From contig OX597831.1 in the NCBI GenBank assembly GCA_951406725.2, positions 81,096,001-81,160,000 of the forward strand: a stretch of DNA of 64,000 nt, given 5' to 3'. The notes beneath the pieces are model-generated. The model was not told the DNA's origin. It searched no databases and worked only from the letters and a program-made list of their open reading frames with translations. Source of the DNA: Octopus vulgaris. Lineage: Eukaryota. The position numbers were made by a program, and so were the translations under genes. Shown one piece after another: positions 14,526 through 29,045 of this stretch; position 1 is the stretch's first letter, and every line of letters begins with the position of its first letter.

Positions 14526-14667
14526 AAAATAATATGCTACAATTATACAATAGTCCAGATAAAACTCTGAGTTTCGGATGGCGAAGTGGAAATCCACAAC
14601 ACCATCTCTTCGGTTATTTGGCCATCCGAAAAACGCTATGAAAAAATACCGTTATTAAAGGGAAATT
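14526..14667 (-). mobile_element. (TA)n-anchored short element, second copy at 23524-23666; contains a hammerhead-like fold at 14555-14621
   Basis: Reverse-complement homology to 23524-23666; CCGAAGA..GAAA fold. Confidence 0.75.
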
Positions 14668-14765
14668 ACTGTTATAATTCCGCTACTTATATAAATTAAG
14701 ATTAAAAGTTCATAGTAAACACGTAAACATGGCTACTCATACGCTCACATGTCTGAAAAACGCTA

Positions 14766-14955
<190 letters not shown>

Positions 14956-16099
14956 GTACACACACATGTATGGATAAATGTATATATGTACGTATAGTAA
15001 GACTGAATAGTACATTTGTAATTTAATATCAGCAATGACTCATCCGAAATTCAAGATTATTTAAAATGATGTTTGGACCGTTTTTTGTGAAGCACTTAAA
15101 TATTTAGAGCTTAAAAATGCAGATTTCAACACAGTTTGTTTCGGTGCAACGTGAGAGACGAATGATTCAAAGAATGAAATAGTTAATGTTTTGTGGATGG
15201 TTAGAGATTATTGTGTCAGTTAGATGAACGGACAAGAAGAAAGAAAGATAGAGCGACAGAGAATGAAGCAGAGAAAGAATGAGAAGATGAGAGCGGGATG
15301 GGGTGTTGATATTCTATGACCTGCAGCCAAACGAAGAGTCCCAAAACTTTTCTGAGTAACAAAAGAATTTATAATGCCTGGAGAATTCGACTACAGAAAA
15401 TAAATGGCGAGACAAACGGAGAAAGAGAGGGAACGAGAGAGAGAGCGAGAGAGAGAGAGAGAGAGAGGAAGGAGAGAGAGAGAGAAGGAGAGCTGAAAGT
15501 GGTTTTATGTAAATGAAGCTGATTGTTACACGACATACTAAGAAGAGAAGAAACCTCTACAATTTATTTATTTGTTTGGTTGCTAATTGCTTTTGGACGG
15601 TGGACTTACTCTGATGACAACAAGATATTTGCAAACATCAAACATCTGCACTTTGATCAGATTGCAAACCAATGCCTGGAGGCTTGTTTGACGTCACTGA
15701 TAAATGTCTTAATTATAAGTTGAAGCAGTCAACAAATTGCGATTAGACTGGCAGAACTAGAGTAACAAATACACTTTTAACTTTATTTATTGCCGGAGCC
15801 AGTAAATATAAGGCATTGCCAATATTAGCCGGGTTTACTCGCCACCTTTTCCTTTCGTTTTCTAATGACAACTTGATGAATGCAATTTGCACTCAGAACT
15901 CTAATCTAACACACGTGTCTACTTTTACTGAAAGAATATCTCCAAACACCTACTCAGACAAATACTCACATAGAGGCATCTACGTGTATGTGTATGCATG
16001 AATGTATGTATGTATATATACATAATATGTGTGTGTGTGTGTGTGTGTATGTGTATACGAGGACACACACATATATATGTACAGAAATATATATACATA

Positions 16100-16144
<45 letters not shown>

Positions 16145-16766
16145 CACACATGTATAGATATATGCATAGATGTGTATATGCACATATGTGTCCATGTGTT
16201 TGTATGAGTGTGTGTGCATACATGTAAATATACACATGGTCACGATATAAATATATATATATATATATATATGCACATACACACACACACACTCACGCAC
16301 GCACTTGCATACATACGAGGCATATTCGCTGATGGCTTTCCGTATGTTGAAGCGGAATTTGTCACGTTCTCTCTTCGCAAACATGAGTCTTTGGAGGATG
16401 ATACTGAATGAGAGAGAAGTCGAGGCAGATAGGCTGAATAAGGGAGGGAGAGAGAGGAGGAAATTGATAACGAAAGAAGGAAGAAGGAAAGAAAAGTAAA
16501 TTAGATGTGTGAAATGTTGCTATCTTCATACACACACACACACACACACACACATACACACGCACACGTATATATTTTTTAGTATTGCAGTCTGGTCTGT
16601 GTTATGTAGCTATGATGTCACTACCGAATGTTAGCAGATATATTTAGTTAAGTAGTCTTTTTTTACGTCCTTCACACACATACATACAACCACATACATA
16701 CGCATATTCAAGTGCATGTTTATATACGCGCATACGCATTTATGTGCGTGTGTGTGTATATATATA

Positions 16767-17074
16767 TAATAGAAATATTAAAATTACTAAGTCTCTCTAA
16801 AGGAGATTACGGCAGCGTTACTGGATATTAATAGTTATCGCCATACTAATATGGCAGTCTATAAATATAAGACTAAAGCTGTCGCTGATTAGCTCCAAGA
16901 GGCCAGGTTCGTGTGTCATATAGCTAGCTAGAGGCGATGGCCTCTTGGAGCTAATCAGCGACAGTTTTAGTCTTATATTTATAGACTGCCATATTAGTAT
17001 GGCGATAAATATAAATATCCAGTAACGCTGCCGTAATCTCCTTTAGAGAGACTTAGTAATTTTAATATTTCTAT

Positions 17075-17076
<2 letters not shown>
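16767..17076. mobile_element. (TA)n-flanked near-perfect palindrome: arms 16767-16905 and 16938-17076, 32-nt spacer, no tail
   Basis: 139-bp arms with about 3 mismatches by eye; TA repeats on both sides. Confidence 0.88.
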
Positions 17077-17135
<59 letters not shown>

Positions 17136-17250
17136 TGTGGCCCGAGGCTACAGTGGAAGTCACTTGTGCAAGGTGCTACGCAGTGGGACTAAATCAAAAA
17201 CCATGTGGTTCCGAAGCAAACGTTGTACTACACAGCCACGACTGCGCCTA
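17136..17250 (-). mobile_element. SINE family A 5' fragment
   Basis: Homology to the head of 39542-39955. Confidence 0.7.
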
Positions 17251-17257
17251 TGTATAC

Positions 17258-17288
<31 letters not shown>

Positions 17289-17504
17289 TGTATGTATGTA
17301 TGTATGTATGTATGTATGTATGTATGTATGTATGTATGTATGTATGTATGTATGCATGCATGCATGCATGTATGTATGTATGTATGTATGTATGTATGTA
17401 TGTATGTATGCATGCATGCATGCATGCATGCATGCATGTATGTATGTATGTATGTATGTATGTATGTATGTATGTATGTATGTATGTATGTATGTATGTA
17501 TGTA

Positions 17505-17845
17505 TTTTCTAACTCGACTCCTCCGGTCACGAATGACCATGGGTGCACCTAAGAGGTTCCCCTGGTGTACAAGTCTGGGCGGAAAGTCGCCTCGCCGGCG
17601 AACGAAGAACCTATGGAAGAACAGCAGTCGCCCATGCGTAACAGCCTCCTCCCCTTCATGCCACCGATGTTATCCACAGCTTGGCACCAGTGACGTCGTA
17701 ACTCATTTCTACAGCTGAGTGAACTGAAGCAACCTGAAACAAAGTGTCTTGCTCAAGAACACGACATGCAGCCCGGTCTGGGAATCGAACTCATAACCTC
17801 CCGATCGTAAGCTCGATGCTCTAACCACTGAGCCATGCATCCTCA
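17505..17845 (-). mobile_element. tRNA-derived SINE family D
   Basis: Minus-strand A box tggctcagtgg and B box gagttcgattccc followed by tgttcttgagcaagacactt. Confidence 0.75.
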
Positions 17846-17864
17846 CACACACACACACACACAC

Positions 17865-17944
<80 letters not shown>

Positions 17945-19269
17945 ATGCATATATATATGTATATATTTATACATACATAGATATGTGTGTAAGTGTGTGT
18001 GTGTGTGTTTGTGTGCAGTGCACATTGGGTTGAAATTGGACGAAAAATAAGCAGTGTCTCGATGTACTTTTGTATATCCAAAGGGAGACTGTCAGGAGGA
18101 CTTTTTGGAAGATTTTCTTCCCATCACTGATATTTATTGTTAATGAAACGTGCGTAAGTTGATGTAATTAAGTACTATAGAAACAAAGCTTCCCGTTTTG
18201 TTTTACTTTCTACATTTATATATAAAGTATTTTAGTGGATGCGTGTGTGTGTCTGTGTGTGTGTGTGTGTGTGTGTGTTTGTCTGTACGTGTGTGTGTGT
18301 ACGTGTCTGTATGTGTGTGCGCTAATGTTTATTTCTCTGTATGCAAAAGCAGGTTTCTATATCTGTGCGTATAAGTGAGTATGTGTGTGTGTACATCTGT
18401 GCACATACGAGTGGATATGTGTGGTGTGTGTGTGTGTGTGTGTGCGAACAACTTGTACCCTGTATCTTCTTTATACTCTGCTCCCTAGACCCACCCGAAA
18501 TAACCTACACCACCTTATTTTCCTTTACTTCCTCTTTGATCTATAAACACACCCATTTATCACATCATAATATCCCTCCACCTCGAACCCCTACAAACAC
18601 ACCTCGCCCCAAATCATTTGTGATTTATCTCCCCTTTGTTTTAGAATTCTTCACTTCTCACGATATTTCATGTGCAAATCTCACCCTTCTGTTTCGGACC
18701 AAATAATAACGGACAGCTATAAAATCTAGATTAATGCGCGGCATCAGAGCAAAATTTATTTAACAGTAGCCGGAGGGATTGAGCGAACGGGCGGCGAGAT
18801 TGCTAGCTTGATTCACGCCTTCTGAGGTTTGAATCAAATATAACAAACCTCCTCTTCCACCTCCTCCTCCACCACCACCACCACCACCACCACCACCACC
18901 ACCACCACCACCACTACTTCCACTTCCTCCTCTTATTCGTCTACATGTCTGTCTATTTGGACCTATTAATGTGCTTGTGTGATAGTGAGTGTATATGTGT
19001 GTGTGAGTGTATGTATATATGTATGTGTATGTGTATATGTATATATATGCATATATAGACATGTACGTATGTCCATACGTACGTACATGTATATAGCTAC
19101 ACACATACACACATGCATATATACACCCACATACATACATATATACATATATATCGACATATAAAACGAAAGCATGGAGAAAGTGACTGAAGGTCGAACC
19201 AAAAATAGCCTTAGAATGTGGCATCAGATCCACTCGACCACGTCTATGAACCACCAAGTGTCAAAGTGC

Positions 19270-20200
19270 ATTCACGCATGAACTTACCATAAATGATGCC
19301 AATAACTGGATGAGACTTAGAAAGAGACGTCTCAGAAAGTATTCTCTGCGTGTTGCCCTGAGTTATAAACCCTGGAAAGTGGGACAATTCTACTGCAACA
19401 GATCATCAGAAGAAAAACTGTTTGCTTACCACGAGCAGTTAGCGTATAGCTTCAGTGCAAGAAGGCTTTAAAGTTACAGCAACATTCATAACCAGTCTGT
19501 TTTGGTCCTACGAGCAAGAGGTCAGCTCCGAATTTGAAGGCTATATTTTTGTAATATGGGAAGAAGAAAGAATGAGGAAATACCTGATGGCGAAAAGGGA
19601 TAAAGATGCAGATAAACCTATTGGAGGCAAGCAAACTGTTAACATGTAAAAACCGATGCAGACTCTGTGGATGTAATGAAGAAGATACTATCCGTAGGTT
19701 AAATAGGTGTCTCAAAATGTCATTGCAGTGTTATCTTCCTGTAAGTCAATAAACCGAAATCAGTAGAAAGGATAATCCCAAGGATAAAGATGTAAGAAAC
19801 TACAGAATGATAACCTTTAATATGGAAGTATGCTGGAAATATGTTACCTTCAAAACATGTCTGAAGTACAAGCATAACAGAGAAGAGAAGACATAGCGAC
19901 CTAGGAGTGAGGATAGTCAATGTGCAACAGAGTTGGAGGCATTTGCACAACAAATGTTAAAGATTAGCAGAAAAGAAAACCTATGCCGAACTGATGAGCA
20001 ATCTGCAGCTAGTCCGGCCGGACTATAGATTTTGGTTTATACCAGTAATTATTGGAGGACTTGGATTATATAACTAACTGTCTCACAACCATTGTTGAGA
20101 AACTGGGTTTCACAAATCCGGAGAAAATATGTGAAAGAAATTCCAGCTCCAAGTAATTTATGGAACTGTGAAAATATGTAAAAACATTCCAGAATGTGTG
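19270..20200 (+). pseudogene. Degenerate R4/Dong-like LINE fragment (zinc knuckle plus REL domain)
   Basis: EGYIFVIWEE (EG++ AIQE-like), CRLCGCNEEDTI knuckle, then KHSDL..TYAELMSNLQLVRPDYRFWFIPVIIGGLG; many stops. Confidence 0.7.
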
Positions 20201-20216
20201 TGGATGTATGTATGTG

Positions 20217-20485
20217 GACTTCACCAATCGACCGCAAATTAAAAATCACCATCGTTTTAAACTTTTGTTTCTCATCCTCCATGAACGATAATGTTGTTTA
20301 GTCTCAGGTCAGCTCTGATCAAGCACACATTTAATAAAAATGTTCCATCAGTGGCCATCCCTTCTTTCATTAAGACATTCTGCGTCAAGGATCATATTAC
20401 GCACTGTCCGTCATATTTTAAGACACAAGGTTCCTACTTGGGAAAGATTGGGACAGCATTCAATGAAACCGGTCGTACACGTACA
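20217..20485 (+). repeat. ~265-bp block duplicated at 33962-34230
   Basis: Near-identical direct repeat; both copies are followed by (TACA)n. Confidence 0.9.
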
Positions 20486-20577
20486 TACATACATACACAC
20501 ATACATACATACATACATACATTAATACACACATACACACATACATACATGCATACGTACATACATACATACATACA

Positions 20578-20611
<34 letters not shown>

Positions 20612-20722
20612 CATACATATACATACATACATGCACACATGCTTATATAAATACACAAATGCACACACACACATACGCCTACATACAGATATACTTATTT
20701 ACATATATGTATACATGTTCAT

Positions 20723-20782
<60 letters not shown>

Positions 20783-21387
20783 TACGCACACAGAGTTATC
20801 CAGATATCAGTATTCGACCAAAAGGAACTTCGATAATCACGTGAATATCCGAAAAAGGAATCTAAATCTTCAGATGCTGCAAACATCCAGTTTTGTGGAT
20901 TAGCATCACGACTAGTATTCTGAGGGATACGATGGTTTTTCTGGGGTTTATCGATAATTCTGCTAGGTAGATAGGTTATTGTAGACATGTGATTCGGAAT
21001 TAATCTCCCCTGCGCCAGGGATCTGACGTGGACCACTCGCCCTTCCCTAGGGGGCCACATTTAACAGGGGCGATTTGTAGTTTCTTGAGTTACCTTTTCA
21101 GAGAAGTTTATGTGAGTGTGTATGTGTGTGTGTGGGGTGCTTGGTACACAAACACAGAAATACGCAGAGAGAGAGAGAGAGAGAGGAGGGAGGGAGGGAG
21201 GGAGGGAGGGTGGAGAGGGAGGTGTTATCCGCCATGTCACAAATGATATGAGACATTCTCGTAATGATTCTTTGAATGTTCGTAGATTGAAATGTCAACA
21301 TAGCTAAGTAGTGTATAGAATAATACGTCAGTATACGCACATAAAATACATAGATACAAACACACACACACACATTCATGCATGCAT

Positions 21388-21444
<57 letters not shown>

Positions 21445-21770
21445 CATGCATACGCATGTAAGTATGTATATATATGCATATACACATAAATGTTGATATG
21501 ATAAGGTACACACACATGTGAGTGTGTGTTTATATACGTATATAAAGACATATGCCTACATACATATGTACCTATATACATACCTATATACATATATTAA
21601 ATGCAATGAACAAGCAATAGATAGACGGATGGATGGATGGATGGATGGATGGATGGATGGATAAATAGCACGAAAAAGAGGTCTGAAATGTCTGTCTGTC
21701 TCAACAGTTTGTCTTCAATCTGTTTTTTTACTGACCTACCACTCCTCTCCTCGCCCCCATCTCTCTCCCA

Positions 21771-21801
<31 letters not shown>

Positions 21802-22183
21802 CTTATATATGCCTGTACACGTCGTCCATACATCACTGCCTGGTTGGCCACTTGTATTTTCTTTCTACATAACTCAACTATGTTCAGTATTTCGTACATC
21901 GCAGCAACCCACCGAGATTCTTCTGTCTACAATAATTATGTTTAGATTGTTGGTTCGGTATTAAAGGTTTGCTAATAGAATGTTCTTTTAAAACACCGCA
22001 CAGACCATCAACATCACCACATCAACAATGTATCAAACATTAATCAGTCTTCTTCTAGCCTCTTGGTCTGTTTGTCTGTTATTTTCGTTCCAATTTGTTA
22101 TATTTTGACATTTTTGTTTATTAAATATATTTTCTGTGTATTGGGTGTACGTGTATACACCAGACACACACGGAGATAAGTAT

Positions 22184-22228
<45 letters not shown>

Positions 22229-22359
22229 CGCATGTATATGTAAGTGGCGAAATCATAGTGATATCTGTAGGATAGCTGATGATGGAGGTATGTTGGATTG
22301 TTGGCATGGCTGTTATCGTATGTGCGGAATAGAATTATAATGCATCCATTTGATATGTA

Positions 22360-22416
<57 letters not shown>

Positions 22417-22420
<4 letters not shown>

Positions 22421-22810
22421 CCGTAAATCCTTAAAAATGTTTCAGCCCGGAGGCTGCGGCCATGCTGGGGCACCACCGTTGAATGAGCTACACTAGTATG
22501 TGAAACCACCTCTGATACGTGGCACTTGGTCAACTAGGGAGTTCGACGCCGCTGACCGTATCTGTGTCTCCTGCCGAGAAGAGATCCAGTTTAGTTTTAA
22601 AGAAACCCACATCCACACCATGCAAGTCTATCAGGTATTTAGGGAGGATGTTGAAGATCTGTGGTCCTCTGAAAACCAAGCTGTTGCAGTATCTGGTCCT
22701 GTATTTTGATGATGATGTTGGAATCTTTGGCACCATGCAGTGGCGCCCCGTTCAGCGGTTGGGGTAACTTTGAATGCCAAAGTTTGGGACAAGACCCTCC
22801 AGGATTTTCC
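22417..22810 (-). mobile_element. CR1-group LINE 3' fragment, same family as 57191-60628
   Basis: High identity to 57195-57616 (one ~21-bp deletion); tail abuts (TA)n. Confidence 0.9.
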
Positions 22811-23244
22811 AATCAAAGCCGAGAATACTGCAGGGAGACACACTCGCCCCATTTCTTTTCATCATTGTCGTTGACTATGTGCTACGTATGTCAGTTGATA
22901 CCATCTCTGGCAAGGGCTTTGAAATAAAACCAAGAAGTTCCAGACACCCAGCTGAATACTTGACAGACACTGACTTTGCTGACGACATCGCTCTTATCAG
23001 TGATTCTCTCTCCAATGCCCAGTCTCTTTTACAATCTTTTGAAAAAGCCTCAAATTGTGTAGGTCTTTACCTCAATGAGGCCAAGACTGAATATATAAAC
23101 AAGTGCCTGTCCAAAAGTGATTGCATCATCCATACTCTCAACAATGCGCCCTTAAATATGGTTTCTGATTACAAATATCTTGGGTCATACATATCACCAT
23201 CTGGGAAAGATTTTCTAACTAGAAAGGGTATGGCCTGGTCAGCC
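22811..23244 (+). pseudogene. RTE-clade reverse transcriptase fragment
   Basis: ILQGDTLAPFLFIIVVDYVLR..LTDTDFADDIALIS..GLYLNEAKTEY..YKYLGS..RKGMAWSA. Confidence 0.85.
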
Positions 23245-23525
23245 TCTACAACAATGTCCAGCAAACTGGACTCTCCTACCTTTCACAAGAGATGACACAG
23301 GTAGTAGTTTCCCATATATTTGCATTTTGGTTGGATGGCGCTTCTACAAGAGATTTTGAGCTCTCATAAGGAGGCGAGTGTAGGTTCCATCCAACCGCCT
23401 CTCAAGCTTCTTTGATAACGTCCAGGATTCTGAGCCATATAGTAGAATTGGTTCGACTGTGGCTTTGAAGATTTCAAGTTTGAAGTCTCTACTTAGATTT
23501 GATGACCAGATCTTATGCATGTCAT
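23245..23525 (-). pseudogene. Inverted continuation of the same RTE ORF
   Basis: NDMHKIWSSNLSRDFKLEIFKATVEPILLYGSESWTL..RRVQFAGHCCR reads on directly from AWSA but on the opposite strand. Confidence 0.85.
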
Positions 23526-23571
23526 TTCCCTTTATATAACGGTATTTTGTCATAACGTTTTTTAGATGGCC

Positions 23572-23634
23572 AGATAACCGAAGAGATGGTGTTGTGGATT
23601 TCCACTTCGGCATCTGAAACTCAGAGTTTTATCT
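23572..23634 (+). ncRNA. Type I hammerhead-like fold with U4C core, within element 23524-23666
   Basis: agauaa-CCGAAGA-gaug..[gugga/uccac]..cauc-u-GAAA-cuc-a-gag-UU^uuaucu; helix I 6 bp; conserved in the 14555-14621 copy. Confidence 0.6.
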
Positions 23635-23659
23635 TGACTATTGAGTAATTGTAACATAT

Positions 23660-23799
<140 letters not shown>

Positions 23800-23828
23800 C
23801 AAATGAGTAACAAGGATGTCCAGCTAAT

Positions 23829-24266
23829 ACTCTCTTTACTCTTTTACTCTTTTACTTGTTTCAGCCATTTGACTGCGACCATGCTGGAGCACCGCCTTTA
23901 GTCGTGCAAATCGACCCCGGGACTTATTCTATGTAAGCCCAGTACTTATTCTATCGGTTTCTTTTGCTGAACTGCTAGGTAACGGAGACATAAACACACC
24001 AGCATCGGTTGTCAAGCAATGATAGGGAGACAAACGCAGACACACAAACACACACACACACACACACACACGCACATATATATATATATATGTATATATA
24101 TACGACGGGCTTCTTTTAGTTTCCGTCTACCAAGTCCACTCACAAGGCTTTGGTCGGCCCGAGGCTATAGTAGAAGACACTTGCCCAAGATGCCACGCAG
24201 TGGGACTGAACCCGGAACCATGTGGTTGGTAAGCAAGCTACTTACCACACAGCCACTCCTGCGCCT
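23829..24266 (-). mobile_element. tRNA-derived SINE family A, full length
   Basis: High similarity to 39542-39955. Confidence 0.9.
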
Positions 24267-24385
24267 AATACCTGAACTTCTTTGTTACTTATCTGCTTTT
24301 TATTCACCTAACTTCGAGCCGTGTGGACAATACTGGACTGACTTGATGCCTCAATTTAAATACCTAATTCAACTGAATTTTTATT

Positions 24386-25000
<615 letters not shown>

Positions 25001-25092
25001 ATATATATACATAAATATAAATACATATATATATATATATATATATATTTACAAATATGTGCATATATATAAATACATACATATATAATATA

Positions 25093-25138
<46 letters not shown>

Positions 25139-25395
25139 GCCGGTGTTTTCAAAGCGATGTTTTTGCCGAAACTATGGTTTCCTTTGTTCTCTTACTTTAT
25201 TATCATCTTATAATCATCTCTTAATATTGACTTTTATGACTGTTATTACTACCTCAGTCCATCTAATTGTATATATTTGTAGTTACCTGTCATAAAGAGC
25301 CTTTTTCTATTTACAATGTGCATTTTCGTTGATTTTTCTTATTTTCCCTTTACATTTCCACGTGTATTTTATATTTTCTTTTTGTAACATATTTC

Positions 25396-25457
<62 letters not shown>

Positions 25458-25459
<2 letters not shown>

Positions 25460-25765
25460 GGGAAGCTTTATGAAAATAGACAAAAGACGAAGGCAGGTGG
25501 GAAACAAACAAACAATTGTATTAGTATGGCGCTCAGGAAATATAAATAAAACAAGTCTTTAACGTTTCGAGCCTACGCTCTTCAACAGAAAGATACACAG
25601 AGAGAAAAAAAACACAGAAAGAATGAGAGAAAAAAAATGCGTGCAGTAACTAACGAATCAACATGGCGATCTGATTTCGGCCAGAGGTCAAAGATCAAAC
25701 ATGAGACGCGAGAGCGAAATAAGGGGAGATAATAGGGTTGATAATAGGGTTGAATGAGCAGCTAT
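25458..25765 (-). mobile_element. PLE-like 3' terminal (pLTR) fragment abutting (TA)n; hammerhead-like motif at 25556-25593
   Basis: Reverse-complement homolog of 54930-55165; ucuuu-CUGUUGA-a-gagc-guag-gcuc-GAAA-cg-UU^aaaga. Confidence 0.7.
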
Positions 25766-25837
25766 TAGTGCGTATGAGAGGTCTGGACGTGTGTATGTAT
25801 AGGGTTGGTGTATGTATTAGTATGTATTAGTATGTAT

Positions 25838-25880
<43 letters not shown>

Positions 25881-25915
25881 AGAGAGTATTAGTGCGTATA
25901 TATATATATATATAT

Positions 25916-26542
25916 ATATGAATAAATGAAAGAATGGAGTCGAACGAAGATTTTAACAAAATTCCTTTACTCTCGACATATGTTTCGAAGACGGCATATT
26001 TTTAATTCCGAAGGAATGAAGGGTGAATTATGCCATATTCTCATCAGGAAAGATAAGGAGCCTCTTTCAGCCACAAGACGAACAACATTTTTTTGATGTT
26101 TGCCTACATGGTGACCATAGTGATAATGAGTGTTTTTTAAAAAATAATCCGTTATAAGCAATGACGTCAAAAGTGGGTAGAAGTAGGAAGTAGAAAAAAA
26201 TAGGTAGGGGACAATATGTATGCTGTATGTATGGGGATGTGCGGGTGTGTGCTTGTGTTAATGAGTGCGAGTGTTTGTGTATGTGTATGAGTGTGTGTAT
26301 ATAACTGCATTTGTGTCTGTGTGTGTGTATGTGTGATTGTGTGTGTGGGGAGAGTAAAGGAATTTTGTTAAAATCTTCGTTCGACTCCATTCTTTCATTT
26401 ATTCATATAAAAAACACAAATTTCCACACAAGAACACGGAGTTTCTACCCTTGACAGGTCGCTTCAACCGTGTTTTCTGACGTGAATTTTCTACCTAGGT
26501 ATCGATTAAACGAATTTTCCATGCTGGGATAATTCATTCACC

Positions 26543-26544
<2 letters not shown>
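25916..26544. mobile_element. (TA)n-flanked PLE-like inverted element: arms 25916-25974 and 26350-26408, tail 26409-26544
   Basis: Arms are exact reverse complements by eye; a hammerhead lies in the minus-strand copy. Confidence 0.85.
25962..26059 (-). ncRNA. Type I hammerhead ribozyme, canonical core
   Basis: cuuuc-CUGAUGA-gaauauggcaua..uaugccgucuuc-GAAA-C-auau-G-UC^gagag: helix II 11 of 12 pairs, palindromic ACAUAUGU, GUC triplet, helix I extended by uccuu/aagga. Confidence 0.88.
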
Positions 26545-26617
<73 letters not shown>

Positions 26618-26640
26618 ATATATGTATGTATTTATATATA

Positions 26641-26673
<33 letters not shown>

Positions 26674-26691
26674 GAATATATGTATATCAAT

Positions 26692-27095
26692 TGTTAGCGA
26701 CGGATGTAATAGTCACACCAAAAGGTAACATTCCGCCCTTTTTAATGCTCGATACTGTGATAGTTACCACTACAGAAGCTTTCGTATTGGCTTCCGATGC
26801 CATTCTGTTTGCATTGATAGCGGGGAGATAAATCGCCCGTCATCGCCACCGCCGAGACAACCAGATCACGTGATATCAGCCTCCCTTGGCCTTGTCAATG
26901 ATAGTCTCTCGGATGCTAGAGATAGCAGCTATTATTACCTTTTGTTATCAATACTGCGTCTATCGCTGATAATCATTTTTTAATAAGCCCACTGGCTATT
27001 CGCCACTCCAATGTAAACACGAGTGCTTATATGCATCAAAAGACCATATGGGAGGTTCCGGCATGGTAACTCTCGCACTATTTTGCCTTCTAACA
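26692..27095. mobile_element. Candidate solo LTR
   Basis: TGTTAG...CTAACA inverted termini, 404 bp; no clean target-site duplication. Confidence 0.35.
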
Positions 27096-27213
27096 CAGCA
27101 CTATTAAGTGGGGGTAAAGATACTACACACACACACACACACATACAGACGGTGCTCCAGTATGGCCACAGCCTTAGGTCTGGAACATACAAAAGAATAA
27201 AAGAATATATATA

Positions 27214-27525
27214 TATCACCGTGATCACTGTGACCGACCAGGCTATCAGATGTTGCTACACATCGCTGGTCACAATGCGCTTCGCATTGTTTTAGCCTCC
27301 AAATGACGCCACCCCGCTGGCTAAGCGAGCAGGCCAACAGAAGAAAGAGTGAGAGAAAGTTGAGGTGAAAGAGTACAGCAGGGATCACCCCCCCCCCTGC
27401 TGGAGCCTCGTGGAGCTTTAGGTGTTTTCGCTCAATAAATACTCACAACGCCCGGTCTGGGAATCGAAACCGCGATCCTACGACCGCGAGTCCGCTGCCC
27501 TAACCACTGGGCCATTGCGCCTCCA
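27214..27525 (-). mobile_element. tRNA-derived SINE family C
   Basis: Minus-strand A box tggcccagtgg, B-box-like ggtttcgattccc, tRNA-like head, short tandem tail (gtgatcac). Confidence 0.8.
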
Positions 27526-27538
27526 CACACACACACAT

Positions 27539-27574
<36 letters not shown>

Positions 27575-28390
27575 TGAGAGAGAGAGGGGGAGAGAGATAG
27601 AAGGGAAGATATAGTTAGTGACGTCAATAAACTCACATAGGCTTGATATATAAAATACACACATACAGAGAGAGGGGGGAGGAAGGGAGGGAGAGATTGT
27701 TTTGGAAACACGTTAAGCAGTTTCGGTGTTTTCCTCAAAAGTTTTGCATTAAGACTATCGAGATTAATGTTGAAGTTTTGAATGTTTTCGATGGAGAAAC
27801 TCCATAGCAACGTAACAAACTGAAATATGTCGGCCATTATAGCTCTATGGGAAGATGAAAGAAATTCAAAGTGTCTAATTTATGAAGAACAGAGATACCT
27901 TCTGGGAAAATACCATTTTACAAATCGAGGGTAAGATAGAAAACTGCCCAAAATCTGAGATAGAAAAAGTCAATATTTATGTGGAAGGCTGGGAAAGGGT
28001 TGCAATTAAAATAAAAAATCCAGCCATACCACACACGTATGACAACAATAAATGAGTCCATGACATGGTCCTGCTGAACAGTCGGGTGTCTGTTAGTGAA
28101 GCGGAAAATATTTAAGAAAATTAGGGTTCCTTCTCTAAGTTCGTGGGAGATGGTTTCGCATTTGCCAGACTTTTGGAACAGTTTTGATAAACGAAGGCGG
28201 AACCTTTTTGGAAAACGAAGTATGGAAATAACAGTACGAATAAAGAGGGTAGCGAAGAGAAATTTCTACGATCTTCTTCCATGGAAATGACCAAAACCAT
28301 TCCAGAAAATAAATCTGGCAGTAATTTGTGTGACTATCTCTCCCTACCTCGCTCTCTCTCTCCCACTATCTGTGTGTGTGTGTGTCTGTT

Positions 28391-28446
<56 letters not shown>

Positions 28447-28620
28447 AGCACAATGCACATAAATATGCGCACACACACATACACATATACATACATACAT
28501 ACATACATACGTACATGGATACATGATCATGTTTACATTTGCAAATATATGCATGGGAAGACATACATAAATGAAACCTAAAAATTTGCATTTATATATA
28601 CATACGTACATACATACATG

Positions 28621-28722
28621 CATACAAAAATACCCTGTTGATGTTGAAATTCCAGAGCCTTGCATCTAGGTTAGAAACCGGTTCTTTTTCTATTAGCAAG
28701 AAATCTTGAAATAAAAATAATG
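28621..28722 (+). mobile_element. R4/Dong-like 3' UTR terminal fragment
   Basis: Matches 731-843. Confidence 0.8.
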
Positions 28723-28755
28723 ACACACACACACACATATGCTTATATACATATA

Positions 28756-28791
<36 letters not shown>

Positions 28792-28803
28792 TATATGTGT
28801 GTG

Positions 28804-28873
<70 letters not shown>

Positions 28874-29001
28874 TATCACTCTGCCTGTCGAGTGATAGTA
28901 ATAGATAGGTAGATAGGTAGATAGGTAGATAAACAGACAGACATACAGAGTTAGATAAATACTTCAACCGCTGGCTGTCTGATTATTCCTCTCTCTCTCT
29001 G

Positions 29002-29045
<44 letters not shown>

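Noticed and set aside
15605-15640. YSDDNKIF resembling an RT YADD motif
   Set aside because: Too short, with no supporting flanking motifs.
27450-27525. tRNA-like sequence (also 17770-17845, 39542-39620)
   Set aside because: SINE heads continuing into repeat bodies; no complete cloverleaf or Pol III terminator, so not tRNA genes.
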